From positions 89,218,001-89,282,000 of the forward strand of contig NC_135893.1 of NCBI RefSeq assembly GCF_964194155.1: DNA of 64,000 nt, given 5' to 3'. The stretch comes from Cetorhinus maximus (lineage: Eukaryota). Both the position numbers and the translations under genes were made by a program. The notes beneath the pieces are model-generated. The model worked only from the letters and a program-made list of their open reading frames with translations, was not told where the DNA came from and searched no databases. Shown piece by piece: positions 50,421-62,381 of this stretch; the first letter of the stretch is position 1, and each line of letters opens with the position of its first letter.

Positions 50421-51544
50421 CTGTTAGCACAAGGAAAGGGGAAACAGATTAAAGAGCAGGTGACAGGCATACCTGAATGTGGAATTTGTCTAGGGGATGC
50501 CAGAAGTCCAGCGGTGATGATAAAGTGTTCAGCCGCCATTTACCTGACTTGGGTGAATGTCTGTAATAAGTGTGGCTCGAGTAAGTGGTGAAGACTCTGA
50601 AAATTGTACCTGGGAGTTCGATGTATGGCTAGATTCAAAGTTAAGAGATCTTCCTAACCTGAAAGTACATTACGCCTGCACCAATATTTGACATTTGTTT
50701 TACGTGATTCTTCAATGGCTCTCTGCGACTGTTTATATTAGTTTTGATGATTACACTGCTGGAAGGGCTTGGCGCACTAACTTCTTTTCAAGTGCAGACC
50801 TTGTGACCTCAGTGGAGCTCAGAATCACTGAATCAAAATGGCATTTTATGCCTATGCAAGGCAAGGATTGATGCAGCTCATTCCAAATTCTCTTGTGTTT
50901 TCCCTTCCTAGCACATGTGTCTTTTTTTAATCTCGCTGTTTGAAGCAATTACAAGAAACTCTTCCAAATTGGACACAGGGCCTTTGAAGAACTGGGTGGT
51001 GCAATGTATAAATGCAATGCTCTATTACCTCAGCCATCAGACTTAGGTTGCCAACTTTGGTTGGATATATTCCTTCATTGTATAACCTCCCGCCTCTAAC
51101 CATCCCACCCCCAGTCAAAAAGCCTTTGTTTCATATTTTCAATATTTTTGCAATTAATAAAAGTAAGTATTCAAAGAAAATAATTTTTTTTGTGAAATAA
51201 AACTATGTTTTTTCTCCCAGGGGCTGTTTGCAACAGTGTGCTAGAGACTAAGCTCCAATTCCTGCAGACTCCAGGGCAATCCTGGAGGGTTCGCAACCCT
51301 AGATTTGGGTTTGATCACAACCTAAGGCTGAAGCTGAGCAAGTTTCTCCTTCGTTTGATGTAATGGAATGAAGTTTGGACCCAGTTTATCGAGGGCATGA
51401 GTCCATAGCATTAAGATGGGCAATAATTCATCCAAAGTGACAACAATTGGCTTTCTCAACCAGAGAATTCTGTGAACTAGAACAACATTATTAATGGAGC
51501 TGGGGGTAAGGGCAGAGTGTATGGTGTTAAATTTTTAAAAATTC

Positions 51545-54415
51545 ATTCATGGGATGTGGGTGTTGCTGGCATTTATTGCCCATCCCCAATTGCCCTTGAG
51601 AGGGTGCTGGTGAGTTGCCATCTTGAACTGCTGCAGTCCATGTGGTGTAGGTACACCCACACTGCTGTTAGGGAGGGAGTTCCAGAATTTTGACCCAGCG
51701 ACAGTGAAGGAACGGCAATATATTTCCAAGTCAGGATGGTGAGCGGGTTGGAGGGGAACTTGCAGGCGGTGGTGTTCCCATGTGTCTGTTGCCCTTGGCC
51801 TTCTAGATGGTAGTGGTCGAAGGATTGAAAGGTGCTATCTAAGGAGGCTTGGTGAACTCCTGCAGTGCCTCTTGTGGATGGTACACACTGCTGGCACTGT
51901 CCGTCAGTGGTGGAGGTATTGAATGTTTGTGGATGGGGTGCCAATCAAGCGGGCTGCTTTGTCCTGGACGGTGTCAAGCTTCTTGAGTGTTGTTGGAGCT
52001 GCACTCATCCAGGCAAGAGGAGAATATTCCATCACAATCCTGACATTTTTCTTATTCGTTCATGGGATGTGGGCGTTGCTGGCTAGGCCAGCATTTATTG
52101 CTCAACCCTAATTGCCCTTGTTGTGCCTTGTAGATGGGGGACAGATTTTGGGGAATCAGGAGGTGAGTTAATCGCCACAGGATTCCTAGCCTCTGACCTG
52201 CTTCTCTAGCCACAGCATTTACACGGCTCCTGTTCAGTTTCTGGTCAATGGTAAACCCCAGGATGCTGATAGTGGGGGATTCAGTGATGGTAATGCCACT
52301 GAATGTCAACGGGCAATGGATGGATTCTCTCTTGATGGAGATAGTCATTGCCTGGCACTAATGTGGCGCAAATGTTGTCCAGGTCTTGCTGCATTTGGAC
52401 ATGGACTGCTTCAGTGTCTGAGGAATCGCGAATGATGCTGAACATTGTGCAATCATCAGCGAACATCCCCACTTCTGACCTTATGATAGAAGGAAGGTCA
52501 TTGCTGAAGCAGCTGAAGATGGTTGGGCCGAGCACACTACCCTGAGGAACTCCTGCAGTGATGTCCTGGAGCTGAGATGATTGACCTCCAACAACCACAA
52601 CCAACTTTCTTTGTGCTAGGAATGACTCCAATCAGTGGAGTGTTTTTCCCCTGATTCCCATTGACTCCAGTTTTGCTAGGGTTCCTTGATGTAAACTTGG
52701 TCAAATGTGGCCTTTATGCCAAGGGCAGTGACTTTCACCTCACCTCTGGAGTTCAGCTCTTTCGCCCATGTTTGAACCAAGGCTGTAATGAGGTTAGAAG
52801 CTGAGTGGCCCTGGCAAAACCCAAACTTGGCATCAGTGAGCGGGTTGTTGCTAAGCAATTGTCACTTGATAGCACTGTTAATGACCACTTCCTTCACTTT
52901 ACTGATGATGGAGAGTAGACTGATGGGGTGGTAATTGGCCAGATTGGATTTGTCCTGCTTTTTGTGTACAGGACATACCTGGGTAACTTTTCACATTGCC
53001 AGATACATGCCAGCTTGGTTAGGGGCATGACAAGTTCTGGAGCACAAGCCTTCAGTACTATTGCCGGAATATTGTCAGGGCCCATAGCCTTTGCAGTATC
53101 CAGTGCCTTCAGCCGTTTCCTGATATCACATAGGGTGAATCGAATTGGCTGAAGTCTGGCACCTGTGATGCTGGGGACCCCTGGAGGATGCCCAGATGGA
53201 TCGTCCACTCGGCACTTCTGACTGAAGATTGTTGCAAATGCTTCAGCCTTATCTTTTGCACTGATGTGTTGGGCTCCCCCATCATTGAGGATGGGGATAT
53301 TTGTGGAGCCTCCTCCTCCTCCAGTGAGTTGTTTAATTGTCCACCACCATTCACAACTGGATGTGGCAGGACTGCAGAGCTTAGATCTGATCCGTTGGTT
53401 GTGGGATCGCTTAGCTCTGTCTAAACACTTGCTGCTTATGCTGTTTGGCACACAAGTAGCCCTGTTTTATAGCTTCACCAGGTTGACATCTCATTTTTAG
53501 GGTTGCCTTGCGCAGCTCCTGGCATGCCCTCCTGCACTCTTCATCGAACCAGGGTTGATCCCCTGGCTTGGTGGTAATGGTAGAGTGGGGGATATGCCGG
53601 GCCATGAGGTTACACATTGTGGTTGAGTACAATTCTGCTGCTGATGATGGCCCATAGCGCCTCATGGTTGCCAGTCTTGAGTTGCTAGATCTGTTCGAAA
53701 TCTATCCCATTTAACACGGCGGTAGTGCCACACAACACGATGGAGGGTATGCTCAATGTGAAGATGGAACTTTGTCTCCAGGAGGACCGTGCGATGGTCA
53801 CTCCTGCTGATACTGTCACGGACAGATGCATCTGCGGCAGGCAGATTGGTGAGGATGAGGTTAAGTATGTTTTCCCCTCTTGTTCCTTCCCTAACCACCT
53901 GTCGCAGACCCAGTCTAGCAGCAATGTCATTTAGGACTCAGCCAGCTCAGTCTGTTGGTCTGTACTGGTGCTACCGAGCCGCTCTTGGTGATGGACATTG
54001 AAGTCCCCCACCCAGAGCACATTCTGCGCACTTGCCTCCCTCAGTGCTTCCTCCAAGTAGTGTTCAACATGGAGGAGCACTGATTCATCAGCTGAGGGAG
54101 AGCGGTACATGATAATCAGCAGGAGGTTTCCTTGCCCATATTTGACTTGATGCAATGAGGCTTCATGGGGTCCGGAGTCAATGTTGAGGATTCCCAGGGC
54201 AACTCCCTCCCAATTGCATACCACTGTGCCGCCACCCCTGCTGGGTCTCTCCTGCTGGTGAATAGGACATACCCAGGGATGATGATGGTGGTGTCTGGGA
54301 CATTGTCTGGTGATGGTGGTGTCTGGGCCATTGTCTGGTGATGGTGGTGTCTGGGACATTGTCTGGTGATGGTGGTGTCTGGGACATTGTCTGGTGATGG
54401 TGGTGTCTGGGACAT
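51545..54415 (-). mobile_element. 5'-truncated, decayed non-LTR retrotransposon (CR1-group LINE ORF2: AP endonuclease + RT)
   Basis: Broken ORFs carry PDTTI.IPGY, VGDFNVH, LILTN, SDHR (endonuclease), and KAMGPDNIP, GVPQGSVLGP, MFADD (RT). Many frameshifts and stops; 3' tail near 51545. Confidence 0.9.
54282..54415. repeat. 28-bp tandem repeat, ~4.7 units, at the LINE 5' truncation point
   Basis: CATTGTCTGG recurs at 54301, 54329, 54357 and 54385. Confidence 0.95.
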
Positions 54416-54587
54416 CTAACCTGTGTATTCAAGAGCGGTTACTCAAATGTTAAAAATTATTCCCCAACACTGAAAATCCTCAATTTGATCAGTGCAAATA
54501 GTCAATTGACCAAAAACACAAGTGGTTGGTAACTAAACCACAGTAACTCTGTACCAAATTAGAACCAGCACATAGGTTTGCTCTTAC

Positions 54588-54731
54588 CACAAACTGAGGA
54601 TTGCTTTCACAGTTGCTGCAACTTCCAGACAAGTAAACATAGGAGCTTTTGCTCACTCCGTAGACTGCCTGTGCTTTACAGGAGACACACTCCAGTGACA
54701 CCAGTGGTGAACTTCCACCCTTCACCGAAAC
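54588..54731 (-). CDS. PKD1: PKD1 exon 17-equivalent (REJ), 144 nt
   Basis: ttctcacag|GTT...GTG|gtaaga; VSVKGGSSPLVSLECVSCKAQAVYGVSKSSYVYLSGSCSNCESNPQFV; phase 0/0. Confidence 0.95.
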
Positions 54732-55650
54732 CTGTGAGAATGAATTAAAAAACAAAGTAGTTCATCAGGCAGAGAGACTGAAGAAGCTGGGGTTGTTCCC
54801 CTTGAAGCAGAGAAGGTTAAGAGAAAATTTAATAGAGGTGATCAAAATTATTGGTTTAGATAGAGTAAATAAAAAGAAACCAGTGGCAGAAAGGTCAGTA
54901 ACCAGAACGGGAGAGTTAAGGAGATTGGCACAAGAACCAAAGGCACCATGAGGAAACATATTTTTAATGGAGTGAGTTTTTGTGATCTGAATTCACTTCC
55001 TGAACTTTCAAGGAAGAATTTGAAACTTAAAAGGGAAAAAAATGTCAGGCTATGGGGAAAGAGCAGTGAAATGGAATTAATTGTAGCTACCAAAAAGCTG
55101 GTACAGGTACAATGGGCTGAATGGCCTTCTGTCCTGTATCAATTTAAGATTCTATAGTCTTTTGACTTAGCTATCAGCAAATATGTAAGTGTCAATTGCG
55201 GCTAAGATGGGAAGTATCCTTGTTGATAGGTTAGAAGGCCGTGGATGCAAGTTCCCTGTCAAGGGGGCTGATTAGCTCGATTGGCTGGGTGGCTGGTGTG
55301 TGTGGTTCAGGATAACACCACCAGTGTAGGTTCAATTCCTGTTCTCACTGAGGTGGATTTAGGACCTCTTTTCTCGCCCAGACTCTGAGAGTGAAAGACA
55401 ATAGCAAAGCACCACTGACCAAAATTGCCAAGATTAAACAGCTCAGGATGAGCTATCAGCAGATAATGAGCCAAGGACCTGCCTTTGGGCACAGCACACA
55501 TGAATGAATGAATTGCTTTCATCACTAAGCATGGTGACATGTTATTGAATTCACCAATCCACTACAGTATTTGACAACTTAAACACTAAAATAACAAAAT
55601 AGTCAACTGCAGAGCACAGCGAGAAAACTTTTCACAGTGACTAGTATGAC

Positions 55651-56716
55651 TAGGGTAAGGGTCGATGGGTGCCCTTGCAAATGGAAAGTTGTCTCAAGCG
55701 GTGTTCCACAGGTCTCAGTGTTGGGACCCTTGCTGTTTGTGTTATATATTAATGATTTGGACCTGAACGTGGGGGGCATGATTGGGAAATTTGCAGATGA
55801 TACAAAGATTGGCCGAGTAGTGGATAGTGTAGAGGATAGCCAAAATCTCCAAAACGAAATAGATGGGTTGGTGGAGTGGGTGGTAAAGTGGCAGATGGAT
55901 TTTAACATAGAGAAGTGTGAGATCATACATTTAGGGAGGTCAAACAGTTACAGGGATTACAAAATAAATGGGAATATACTAAGAGGGGTAGATGAAGTGA
56001 GAGATCTTGGCGTACAAGTACACAGGTCCCTGAAGGCAGCAGTTCAAGTAGACAAGGTTGTAAAGAAGGCATTTGGAATGCTCTCCTTCATTGGCAGAGG
56101 TATAGAATATAAAAGTAAGGATATAATGTTGGAATTGTATAAAACACTGGTGAGGCCACAACTGGAGTATTGTGTGCAGTTCTGGTCACCACATTACAGG
56201 AAGGACGTAATATCTCTGGAGAGAGTGCAGAGGAGATTTACAAGAATGTTGCCAGAGTTAGAAAAGAGTAGCTACGAGGAGAGATTGGATAGGTTGGGGT
56301 TATTTTCCTTACAACAAAGAAGGCTGAGAGGTGACTTGATTGAGGTGTACAAAATTATGAGGGGAATAGATAGAGTGGACAGGATAAAATTGTTTCCCTT
56401 GGTGGAGAATTCTAGAACCAGGGGACATAGATTCAAGATAAGTGGCAGAAGGTGTAGGGGGGACATGAGGAAGAACTTTTATACACAGAGGGTAGTGGGT
56501 GTCTGGAATTCGCTGCCCAAGTTGGTGGTAGAGGCAGAAACTTGAAACTCTTTTAAAAAGTACCTGGATCTGCACCTAAAGTTCTGTAAGCTGCAGGGCT
56601 ATGGGCCGGGTGCAGGAAGGTGGGATTAGAAAGGGCACCTGGGTGTCCTTGGGCTGCCGTGGACAAGATGGGCCGAATGGCCTCATTCTGTGCTGTAACT
56701 TTTCTATGGTTCTATA
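55651..56716 (+). mobile_element. Young 5'-truncated CR1 LINE (RT C-terminal half + 3' UTR)
   Basis: ORF 55637..56545: SGVPQVSVLGPLLF, KFADDTK, RPQLEYCVQFWSP, RRLRGDLIEVYK; tail ttctatggttctat. Confidence 0.93.
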
Positions 56717-56982
56717 AGCCAACCCTTTCATCCCAGGTTCTATAAGACTTTCTAAGGCACTTTTACTTACAAGTTGTTTGACCGACTGGGGATCCCGGTT
56801 TGGTTTACTGACGCTCAGACTACATGTGTAGGTTGTGTTGCGTTTCAGTTGTTTCCTGGGAATAGAGAAGACGCCTCCTTTGCCAGATATATAGCAGCCA
56901 GGGAGTTCCTGAAGGCAAAAGCACAGGGCAGTTCATTTCATTAAGGCATTTGTCGTCTGGAAATCCCTCCTGCTTGTACCAG

Positions 56983-58311
56983 CATTACAACAGTGCGTGT
57001 TTCCTCCATTACTACAGTGCGTGTTTCCTCCATTACAACAGTGCGTGTTTCCTCCATTACAACAGTGCGTGTTTCCTCCATTACAACAGTGCGTGTTTCC
57101 TCCATTACAACAGTGCGTGTTTCCTCCATTACAACAGTGCGTGTTTCCTCCATTACTACAGTGCGTGTTTCCTCCATTACTACAGTGCGTGTTTCCTCCA
57201 TTACAACAGTGCGTGTTTCCTCCATTACTACAGTGCGTGTTTCCTCCATTACAACAGTGCGTGTTTCCTCCATTACAACAGTGCGTGTTTCCTCCATTAC
57301 AACAGTGCGTGTTTCCTCCATTACAACAGTGCGTGTTTCCTCCATTACAACAGTGCGTGTTTCCTCCATTACTACAGTGCGTGTTTCCTCCATTACAACA
57401 GTGCGTGTTTCCTCCATTACAACAGTGCGTGTTTCCTCCATTACAACAGTGCGTGTTTCCTCCATTACAACAGTGCGTGTTTCCTCCATTACAACAGTGC
57501 GTGTTTCCTCCATTACAACAGTGCGTGTTTCCTCCATTACAACAGTGCGTGTTTCCTCCATTACTACAGTGCGTGTTTCCTCCATTACTAGTGCGTGTTT
57601 CCTCCATTACTACAGTGCGTGTTTCCTCCATTACAACAGTGCGTGTTTCCTCCATTACAACAGTGCGTGTTTCCTCCATTACTACAGTGCGTGTTTCCTC
57701 CATTACAACAGTGCGTGTTTCCTCCATTACAACAGTGCGTGTTTCCTCCATTACTACAGTGCGTGTTTCCTCCATTACTACAGTGCGTGTTTCCTCCATT
57801 ACAACAGTGCGTGTTTCCTCCATTACAACAGTGCGTGTTTCCTCCATTACTACAGTGCGTGTTTCCTCCATTACATCAGTGCGTGTTTCCTCCATTACTA
57901 CAGTGCGTGTTTCCTCCATTACAACAGTGCGTGTTTCCTCCATTACAACAGTGCGTGTTTCCTCCATTACAACAGTGCGTGTTTCCTCCATTACTACAGT
58001 GCGTGTTTCCTCCATTACAACAGTGCGTGTTTCCTCCATTACAACAGTGCGTGTTTCCTCCATTACAACAGTGCGTGTTTCCTCCATTACTACAGTGCGT
58101 GTTTCCTCCATTACAACAGTGCGTGTTTCCTCCATTACTACAGTGCGTGTTTCCTCCATTACTACAGTGCGTGTTTCCTCCATTACTACAGTGCGTGTTT
58201 CCTCCATTACTACAGTGCGTGTTTCCTCCATTACTACAGTGCGTGTTTCCTCCATTACTACAGTGCGTGTTTCCTCCATTACTACAGTGCGTGTTTCCTC
58301 CATTACTACAG
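56983..58311. repeat. 24-bp minisatellite, ~55 units (CAGTGCGTGTTTCCTCCATTAC[A/T]A)
   Basis: Directly visible head-to-tail array; one unit has a 2-nt deletion (~57590) and one is a variant (~57876). Confidence 0.98.
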
Positions 58312-59736
58312 CGATTGTACTTCAAAAGTGCTTCATTGGCTGCAAATCACTTTGGGACATTCTGAGCTCATGAAAGCACTATATGGGTGCACATTCTTCA
58401 TTCTTCTGCTTAAATAATGGTTTTTTAAAGTTGAATGCTGCAGAACAAGAAGCATGATTTCTGGTCATCTTTCCAAAGGCAAGACAGTATAGGACAACAA
58501 TCATGTATAGGTATTAGTTATGTTGAAGTCAAAAGCTCCAGTGCCAACTTCAACACAGTGACAGAAGGTTTCAACTCATTCAGAGTGTAGGGCGTTTATG
58601 CTATGAATGTGAACCAAGTTACTTGGAGTACTGGCAAGCTGCATGGTGGTCATACCATACCTACACCGGCTCCCAGTCTGGCAATACCTCCATTTTAAAG
58701 TCCTCATCCTTCGATGTCCTCAGCCCTCCCCATATCTGTAACCTCCTCCAGCCCTACAACCCTCCTGCACTTCCCCAATTCTGGCATCCTGCACATCCCC
58801 GATTTTCATCGATCCACTCTTGGTGACCATGTTTTCAGCTGCTGGGCCCTAAACACTGGAATTCCCTCAATAAACCTCTCCACCTCACTCTCTCCTCCTG
58901 AAAGACACTCCTTAAAACTATCTATTTGACAAAGCTTTTGATAACCTCTCCTAATATCTCGTTTTGTGCTTTGGTGTCCAACTTTGCCTGATAATCACTC
59001 ATGTGAAGTGCCTTGGGACATTTTACTATATTAACGACGTTATGTAAATGCATGTTTTTGTTGTTTGGCTTGTTGCTGTGTGGCATCTGTATTAAGGAAC
59101 TGAATTTTGAAGCTATATATCGAGGTTATGTATTTGGGGTTCTATTCAGTTCTTTTCCTCATGTTCAGTAAGTGAACCCTTGCTGCAATGGACATAAACA
59201 TGTCTTTTCATCTGGTATTGTACTGCTGCTGGTGTTTTGAATAGGAATTTTTGTTACTGCAGTCAGCTTACTCGATAGGATACAAACCCTCTTGTGATGT
59301 CTAAGACTTCAGAAAGTGGCGGATCACGACCATGTAGAGATAAGAAAATCCAGTACAAGTAACATCCTGCTCCTTAGCTATTGTAGCAACATCACATTCT
59401 ACCACATTTTCTCAGGGATTATACCTTTCATTTTTACTAACAAGCTCAGAACATGGTTAGCCGGCTTAGAATCTGCATTCCAAAAAGTAAACACAGACTT
59501 TCACGAAACAATTAATTCCGAGATTGTTAACATGTGGAGGTGGAATGAAAGTGGGAGGAACGCAAACATTTGTGGTGAACCTTCGGTTAATGGATATTGC
59601 TCTGATGGGTTTCAGCTCTATAAATGAGAGGTCTAGTTAGGTAAGAGATAAACTGAAGCAAAGGACAATACAGCAGATATCACCGTAGTTAACAGAACCT
59701 TACCTGGATCTCGTCCATCTAAAGCTAAGAAACAAT

Positions 59737-60403
59737 GGGCTGCATTTTACTTGCCCGTGCTGGGCATGTTTTCAACAGGGGGCAGGTAAAATAGGGTGGC
59801 TGCCCACCTCACCAGCACACCATAATACGGTTGGCGTGGGCAGTTGGGTGGGAGTGGGCAGGCCGCTTTTTTAAAAACCCTTTTCAAAGGCCGGAAAGGA
59901 AGGGTGGGGGGTACTATCTTCGAGGGGTGCCCTTTGCAGATTGGGGGTCACCTCCCCCTAAAATAGTACCCCCCCTTCTTCCTATTCACATGCTCCATAA
60001 AACACATGAGGCCTAGCAGGCCCCCCAACCCAGCCCCTTCCTCCTTGAACTGCCCAAACTCTCCCTGCCCAAGACCCTGGATTTACCTGGGTCTGGGATC
60101 CATTGGCCTTCTTTTTGGGCCTGCTTGCAGTACCAGCAGCGCCCACTAATGCGCTCTTGGCACAGCCGGGTCTGATGGAGCTGCTGGCCAATTGGATTGG
60201 CCAGCAGCTCTGGAGGGTGGGGCTTCCTCACCAGTGAGGGGTGGGAGTCCCACACTGCCCCAATTCAGCTCGCCTGCAAGCGCGTTGCGACTGCGGGGCG
60301 GGCTGGCGTGGAGCAGGTTCGCTCCACGCCGACTTTGCTTTTGGTGGGGGTGGGGGGGGAGTTGGGCACGTGGGTGGGATCCCCGCCCTGTAATATTCTG
60401 CCC
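59737..60403. mobile_element. GC-rich Harbinger-like element
   Basis: Ends GGGCTGCATTTTAC / GTAATATTCTGCCC; TSD not clear; related sequence at ~38322-39150. Confidence 0.6.
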
Positions 60404-62381
60404 ATGTGACTCTTCATTGATCATTTCAGCAACACCTGACCTGAATCAACACAGTGACATAACTTATATATGGGGTTTCACTAACACCATGGAGTCTCCA
60501 ATCTCTCTCAGAAGCATTGACAAAATGGTGGAGGAACATCTTGTGATTTGCTTCCTTCAGCAACAGCACCTCCCAAACCCGTGATCTCCACCACCTAGAA
60601 GGCATCAGGTTGATGGGAACATCACCACTTCCCAGTTCGCCATCCTAATGTGGACATATATCACCATTCCTTCATCATCACTAGGCTGAAATCCTGAAAT
60701 TCCCTAGCAGCACTGTGGGGGCACCAAAACAACACGTACTGCAGTGGTTCAAGATGAGAGCCCACCACCACATTCTCGAGGGCAGCTAGGGTGGGCAGTG
60801 AATGCTGGTCTTGCCAGCAACTCCCACGTCCTGAGAATGAATTTTACAAAACTTTCTGCAGTTTTTGAAGTTGAACGAAAAGCAAATAATGTATCTCCCA
60901 CAATTGTAGTAGTCTTAACAAACATCAACAGGGTTTAAATTGCAGGGGCTGCTTGTTAGTCAGAGGTACACCTCTTGTACCCTTGAAGAGTAAAACAGGT
61001 ATTCTTTCAGCTAGAAGTCCCTCATGTTTTAAAGTTAAAACCTGCAATAAAGAAAAACAGAAAGAGCCTCAACAGTAGAAATAAGCTTATCAAGTTCATC
61101 TGAACTTCCTTCAGATTCGAGCAAATATTCATTTGCATGCATGGTCAAACACTTCAGTTTAAGTTGATCGATCTCAGACAAAGGCTGTGGTAAATGCTTT
61201 CTACGTGATTTGCAATCAGACTTTGGAGGGCTCAATTTGCATCTGACACAGTAATTCTCTGCAGCCTGTAAAATGCAAGGCAACAGTAATTAAAAATTAC
61301 ATTGCTTAGTTTACATATCCTAGAGGCTAAAAAATATGTAAAGTTTGTTATTCTTTTGAATTGTGCAAGCACTTCCCTTTATCATAACGAGCTTGTCAGA
61401 TTGGCTGATGTTATTTAAATGGGGAGAGTGGAAAATCTGAGGTAGTGGTAAGTGATTTACAGAATGATTTTGTTAGATGCCATTGCGGAGACAGATGGCA
61501 GGTAAATTGGTGCAAAGCGAATGAGTTGATAGAGGGACACTTAGAAAGGGAGCTGGATGGTTAATCCATTAAATTCAAAGACAGGACTAAGTGGCAAGGC
61601 AGCTGGAAATGCAAATGGAATGTGAGGTAGGTCACAAATCTCCCGAGGTTATGCCGCAGCCCTGACTGTGGACAGACTACATTTGTAGTATTGTCTTGAA
61701 TTTTGGTCATTCTTTAAACAAAACTATGTACATCCATCGGAGATGGTGTACAGGACAGATATGAGGCTGATCCCCAAGTGTAAAGAACATGAACCATGCT
61801 AAAAGATTCAGAGGATTAAGTTAAGGTGGCTGGGGTTGGGGGTGGGTGTGGGGGGTTGCTATGAAGAATTCTCCTCTGTGATTGTGGAGGTTTTCACCTC
61901 TGCACTGGGAGGCTCCCTCCCTTTGACTGGAATCCCGTCAGGAGCCGCCTGTGTGTATGTAGTGAGCCCTGACCCAGGAACAGCAATCGTAATGGGACAG
62001 ATAATGAAGGGTGCACAGAATCCCTTATTGGATCTCTGCTTCAAGAGAAGAAGCACCCATTCCATCTATAGGCTAACAGAACTAGGGCAGAGATGAGGAA
62101 AATTTTTAGTTTACACAGTCAGTTGTTTTGATCTGGAATGGACTGCTTGAAGATGTACAGGGAGCAGATTGAATAGTAACTTTCAAATGGAAATTGGACA
62201 TGTACTTGAAAAGGGAAAAAAAAAATGTAGGGATATGGGGAAAGAGCAGGGGGATTGTGACTAATTGGATAGCTCTTTAAAGAGCAGGCACAGGCTTGGT
62301 AGATTGAATGGTCTGTGCTGCAAGAATCTAAAGGAGGAGGTTAGACAGGCCTTCACAGAAACATACATTCAGGTAGACTAA

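Larger units (their letters stand above)
1017..54731 (-). other. PKD1: Polycystin-1 gene, partial (24 coding exons equivalent to human exons 17-40; gene extends beyond both window ends)
   Basis: Exons with AG acceptors and GT (one GC) donors join in frame across 4367 nt. Motifs match polycystin-1: SLECVSCKAQAVY, TVDDIQQISAALAQC, CLTQHLTAFGASLFVPP, YEILVKTGWGRGSG, WKIRVWHDNKG, HIWLSIWDRPPRS, EALYFALVAKRIHPDEDD. Orthologue versus a pkd1b-type paralogue not tested. Confidence 0.95.

Noticed and set aside
55637-56545. Stand-alone reverse transcriptase gene (retron/DGR-like system beside a repeat array)
   Set aside because: Motifs and 3' tail are those of a 5'-truncated CR1 LINE; adjacency to the minisatellite looks coincidental.
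56983-58311. CRISPR array or telomeric repeat
   Set aside because: No spacers and no cas genes; the unit is not TTAGGG and derives from the adjacent SINE.
56933-58417. Long ORFs in several frames (MEETRTVV, SACFLHYN, CVFPPLQQ, NGGNTHCC repeats)
   Set aside because: Artefact of a stop-free 24-bp tandem repeat; no gene context.
61035-61283. Minus-strand ORF with acceptor-like sites as PKD1 exon 16
   Set aside because: No resemblance to the expected YTF.LTV.K.GR...QT sequence; exon 16 probably lies beyond 64000.
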